39,929 nucleotides of DNA from an uncultured Ruminococcus sp. GTDB taxonomy: Bacteria; Bacillota; Clostridia; Oscillospirales; Ruminococcaceae. Of the stretch, positions 36,329-39,929 are shown in pieces (positions within the stretch are counted from its first letter, which is position 1; each line of letters opens with the position of its first letter). The notes beneath the pieces were generated by a model, which ran no database searches, had not been told where the DNA came from, and saw only the letters and a list, made by a program, of their open reading frames with translations. The stretch is taken from assembly GCA_947587925.1 (NCBI GenBank), contig CANPYF010000001.1, positions 1 to 39,929 on the forward strand. Direction: 5' to 3'. The translations under genes and the position numbers were made by a program.

Positions 36329-38302
36329 CTAATCGTTTATCTCCATCATTATAGGCAGTATCATAGGATCTCTCTTAGTCTTCTGATAAATATAATCCGA
36401 AAGAGCGTCCTTCATTTTAGTCTTTATTGCATTCCACTCGTGCATATCATTGTCAAGGCATTTCTGGAGCGTATCGGCAAGCAGTTTCTTTGAAGTTTCC
36501 ATAAGCTCCTCGCTTTCACGCACATAGACAAATCCGCGCGAAACAAGATCGGGTCCTGCAAGTATCGTACCGTTTTTTCTGTCAACGGTCGCAAAGCAAA
36601 TGATAAGTCCGTCCTCGGCAAGATGTTTTCTGTCGCGCAGTACTATAGCGCCCACGTCGCCTACTCCGAGTCCGTCAACAAGAACATTTCCCGAAGGCGC
36701 TTTTCCGACGATACGCATATCGACACCGTCTGTTTCTATTACCGAGCCTATCTCGGCGATTATTATATTGCTTTCGGGTACTCCGACCGACATTGCTGTT
36801 TCGGCGTGTCTTTTAAGATGTTTATATTCGCCGTGTACGGGTATGAAAAACTTAGGTTTGGTAAGCGAAAGAATAAGTTTTTGCTCTTCCTGACAAGCAT
36901 GACCCGAAACGTGTACCTCATACATAGATTCGTATACCACGTCCGCACCCTGCCTTAAAAGGTCGTTTACCACCTTTGTGACAAATTTTTCATTGCCGGG
37001 TATGGGATTTGCCGAAATAATTATAAAATCGTTTGGATTGATAGTAACGTTACGGTGTTCGCCGCGTGCCATTCTTGTAAGCGCACTCATCGCTTCTCCC
37101 TGACTTCCCGTTGTTACGATGCACATTTTTTCATCGGGATAACGCGAAACAAGATCTATATCGACAAGCAGACCGTCAGGTATTTTAAGATAACCCAGCT
37201 CTATGCCCTTGCCGATAACGTTGACCATGCTTCTTCCCGAAACAGCGACCTTTCTGCCCGTGCGTTCCGCAATATTCACGATCTGCTGTATACGGTGTAT
37301 ATTTGATGCAAAGGTCGCTATGATTATTCTTTTTCCCTCAGCCTTTGTAAAAAGTTTTTCAAAACTTTCTCCGACCTTGCGTTCGCTCATGGTGTAGCCG
37401 GGTCTTTCGGAATTGGTGGAATCGGACATCAGCGCAAGCACTCCGCGGCTGCCCAGCTCTGCAAACCTCGCCAGATCTATTACCGAACCTTCGATAGGGG
37501 TATAGTCCACCTTAAAATCGCCCGTATGGATTATTATTCCCGCAGGCGTATGGATCGCCATTCCCACCGCATCAGGTATAGAATGATTTACTCTTATAAA
37601 TTCAACTGCCATACAGCCGAATTTTATTGTCTTTCTCGGTTCGGTCGGGATAAGCCTTGCGGAATTGAGAAGTCCCTGCTCTTTAAGCTTTCCTTCTACC
37701 AGACCGAGCGTAAGCCGCGTACCGTAAACGGGAACGTTCAGCTTTTTCAAAAAATACGGCAGTGCGCCGATATGATCCTCATGACCATGCGTGATAACGA
37801 TACCTCTTAGCTTATCGCGGTTTTGTTCCACATAGGTAAAATCGGGTATAACGATATCTACACCGAGCATTTCACTGTCGGGAAATGCAAGACCGCAGTC
37901 AATAACGATCATATCGCCCGAACATTCTATAACGGTAAAGTTCTTACCGATCTCATTAAGTCCTCCGAGCGGTATAATTTTAACGGGCGTTCTGCGCTGC
38001 ACGGTCTGAGCGTTTCTGCGTACCGGACCGGTTTGTACACTGCGCGGCTGGAGTTTTACCGAACGCTGTATCCTCTGAGGCGGTTCGGTAACGTTTAGCG
38101 GAGATACCTTTTTTTGCGATCCGGAAATTTCCTTAGCTGACAACCGCGCAAGAGAAGATGCGGGTACGTTTGTTTTGAAGCGTTTTTTTGGCTCATTTGA
38201 ATGACGGTTATTGTTATTTGTCTTATTCTGTAAATTCATCTGAATACATTGACCGTCCGCTTTCATCATGAAAAGACCCACAGCACGGTCCATCACTGAC
38301 AA
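36329..38302 (-). CDS. rnj: Ribonuclease J with basic N-terminal extension (true start uncertain; ATG 38239 is an alternative)
   Basis: 'PLGGLNEIGKN', 'THGHEDHIG', 'NHSIPD', 'HTGDFK', 'SDSTN', 'TGSQGE', 'HVSGH', 'PVHGE'. Confidence 0.96.
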   Translation of the reverse strand: MSVMDRAVGLFMMKADGQCIQMNLQNKTNNNNRHSNEPKKRFKTNVPASSLARLSAKEISGSQKKVSPLNVTEPPQRIQRSVKLQPRSVQTGPVRRNAQTVQRRTPVKIIPLGGLNEIGKNFTVIECSGDMIVIDCGLAFPDSEMLGVDIVIPDFTYVEQNRDKLRGIVITHGHEDHIGALPYFLKKLNVPVYGTRLTLGLVEGKLKEQGLLNSARLIPTEPRKTIKFGCMAVEFIRVNHSIPDAVGMAIHTPAGIIIHTGDFKVDYTPIEGSVIDLARFAELGSRGVLALMSDSTNSERPGYTMSERKVGESFEKLFTKAEGKRIIIATFASNIHRIQQIVNIAERTGRKVAVSGRSMVNVIGKGIELGYLKIPDGLLVDIDLVSRYPDEKMCIVTTGSQGEAMSALTRMARGEHRNVTINPNDFIIISANPIPGNEKFVTKVVNDLLRQGADVVYESMYEVHVSGHACQEEQKLILSLTKPKFFIPVHGEYKHLKRHAETAMSVGVPESNIIIAEIGSVIETDGVDMRIVGKAPSGNVLVDGLGVGDVGAIVLRDRKHLAEDGLIICFATVDRKNGTILAGPDLVSRGFVYVRESEELMETSKKLLADTLQKCLDNDMHEWNAIKTKMKDALSDYIYQKTKRDPMILPIMMEIND

Positions 38303-38559
38303 AAGAGGACGATAAAAACTCCTTTCATCTATATATAAAATAAAAAAACGGAACAGCTTCTTTTTTGCTGTAAAAAACTTTAGATCGTCATAAGCATTAC
38401 GGTTAGTATATCAATAGGACGGACAGATAACAGAACAGCTAAAGGCATTTGACCATGCATATACGATCTTTAACAAAGAAGCCGATGACAGACAAACAGC
38501 GCATGAGCGTTTTCGCCTATGTCTGACAGATAAAGCAACGAACATAAACATCTTTTAAT

Positions 38560-38588
38560 ATTATAGCCTAAAATTGTTCGTTTGTCAA
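38560..38588 (-). promoter_or_regulatory. Sigma-A promoter upstream of rnj
   Basis: Consensus TTGACA (38583-38588)-17 bp-TATAAT (38560-38565). Confidence 0.7.
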
Positions 38589-38844
38589 TACCTTGCGCGG
38601 AACAAACACTAAGATCAATTTTATTTGCAAAAGAAAAAAATTACAGATATCGACATAAAAGCGGCATATTAGTTCTTTTTCCGCCCGCGTGTAGGAAAAT
38701 TTTGCTGTAAGCATATCTGTTCGGCAGTGTGCAGTTGAGTTTTTGAAATAAATTGCAAAAGTGTAAACTTTAATAACATAATTTATTAATACGCCTTAAC
38801 AATGCTCTTTTATCGTCATGATAAATTTGATAAAATGACTGTTA

Positions 38845-39929
38845 TTACAGCTTTTTGAGCCTTTCTATTATATCATCGCAAAGTGCGGAGGCTGTTTCAG
38901 CCTTTAAGCTTTCGGTAAAGATCATTATGCCCTTTGAATGTTTGAGCGGTCTGACCATAGCGCGTGTCTGACCGTGTTCCATGACTATCTCTTCACCGCT
39001 GCCCTCCGCACGGCAGCCGAGAGCGCTGTATATCTCCGATATTTTTCCTTTTGTTACCGCAAAACGCTGTGCGGAATAAAATTCGGGGAGATCGTTCAGC
39101 GCCTGCGAAAGAGTAAGCGAATTATCCGACAGATACGCGCAGATCATACACATCAGGACGATACCGTCACGCACAAAAAAATTATCGGGTCTTGACGCGA
39201 CTTCCCTTGCGTTATGGTCGCTGCCGTCAACACAGCTGTGAAAATATCTGTAAAGTTTTCCGCCCATGTTCTCCGCGAGCCTGTCAGCCGCCATGGGATA
39301 GGTAAACGGCAAAGCGACAGGTATATCCTTTTCAAATTGTATCTTAACACCCAGAAGTACCAGACGTTCGCCCGATACATAACCCGTAGCGTCGGTATAA
39401 GCCGTGCAGGTCTTTCCGTCATTTGAAATATGAAATATTATCCTCTCGCCGTCTATATCGTTTTTTGAACGTATAAGTCCATCTGCCAACGCGCGTATTT
39501 TTTCTGCCGAACAGCGTATATCGGCGTTTACGCCCTTAAAGACGGCAGGCATTAGCTGAGAAAGAAATACGCCGTACAGCGCCTTTGCCTGCTGCATATC
39601 ATATCTTTCACCGAACGAAGAAAGCGGCAGCGATCTTCGTCTTTTCAGCGAACAGCAGCGTTCGATATCAGACTGCGTTTTTTCGTTCAACGGAAGTCCG
39701 CCAAGTCCCATAAGTTCGATACGTTCTCCAAACTGCGCGTTAATATAACAGCCTATCTGTGCGCCGAGCCGATTTACAAGAAAGGTAAGTTCCTGAGCGG
39801 TACATTCGCCCGCCGAGATCACCTTTATTCCCGCAGAAGAAAGCCCGCTTTCAAACGAAGCAAGCAGCGAGAGTGCGCCATGCTCACCCGAACAGCCGCA
39901 GACGGCTATAGTACCCGCTTTCATAGAAG
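38845..39929 (-). CDS. Alpha-D-phosphohexomutase (PGM/PMM)-like domain protein, 5'-partial
   Basis: 'SFESGLSSAGIKV…G', 'RDGI', and a C-terminal 'MVRP…I..E' domain-IV pattern. The frame is open to the window edge. Possibly the C-terminal part of a sugar-phosphate nucleotidyltransferase fusion. Confidence 0.65.
   Translation of the reverse strand, partial: SMKAGTIAVCGCSGEHGALSLLASFESGLSSAGIKVISAGECTAQELTFLVNRLGAQIGCYINAQFGERIELMGLGGLPLNEKTQSDIERCCSLKRRRSLPLSSFGERYDMQQAKALYGVFLSQLMPAVFKGVNADIRCSAEKIRALADGLIRSKNDIDGERIIFHISNDGKTCTAYTDATGYVSGERLVLLGVKIQFEKDIPVALPFTYPMAADRLAENMGGKLYRYFHSCVDGSDHNAREVASRPDNFFVRDGIVLMCMICAYLSDNSLTLSQALNDLPEFYSAQRFAVTKGKISEIYSALGCRAEGSGEEIVMEHGQTRAMVRPLKHSKGIMIFTESLKAETASALCDDIIERLKKL

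Overview
39.9 kb of a low-GC Bacillota chromosome, probably Oscillospiraceae/Ruminococcus-like (inferred from gene content, sigma-A promoters and protein style). Every protein gene and both tRNAs are on the minus strand; only the tracrRNA is on plus. The left third, downstream of an initiator tRNA-Met, is a defence cluster. It holds a complete type II-A CRISPR-Cas9 locus (tracrRNA, cas9-cas1-cas2-csn2, 30 repeats/29 spacers), an MmeI-like type IIL restriction-modification enzyme with an AT-rich specificity region, and a BspA-type LRR gene that ends abruptly in a 20-bp palindrome. The rest is mostly core or envelope genes: trpB2, a ParE/ParC-type topoisomerase pair, a lone tyrosine integrase next to tRNA-Thr, a gtrA(frameshifted)-flavoenzyme-GT-C glycosylation module, an ECF sigma with a PASTA-containing anti-sigma candidate, ftsH, tilS, dnaB, rplI, gdpP, rnj and a partial phosphohexomutase-like gene. 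The most notable signals are in non-coding CRISPR sequence. The predicted cas9 mRNA 5' UTR is antisense to the whole tracrRNA, and the tracr promoter overlaps the cas9 RBS. The array leader is itself an anti-repeat. A further repeat-like motif overlaps the cas9 promoter. Other candidates are a branched structured element upstream of parC, a UDP-galactopyranose-mutase-like glycosylation module and an unannotated 33-aa hydrophobic ORF. All calls come from reading the sequence by eye; no searches or folding programs were run.
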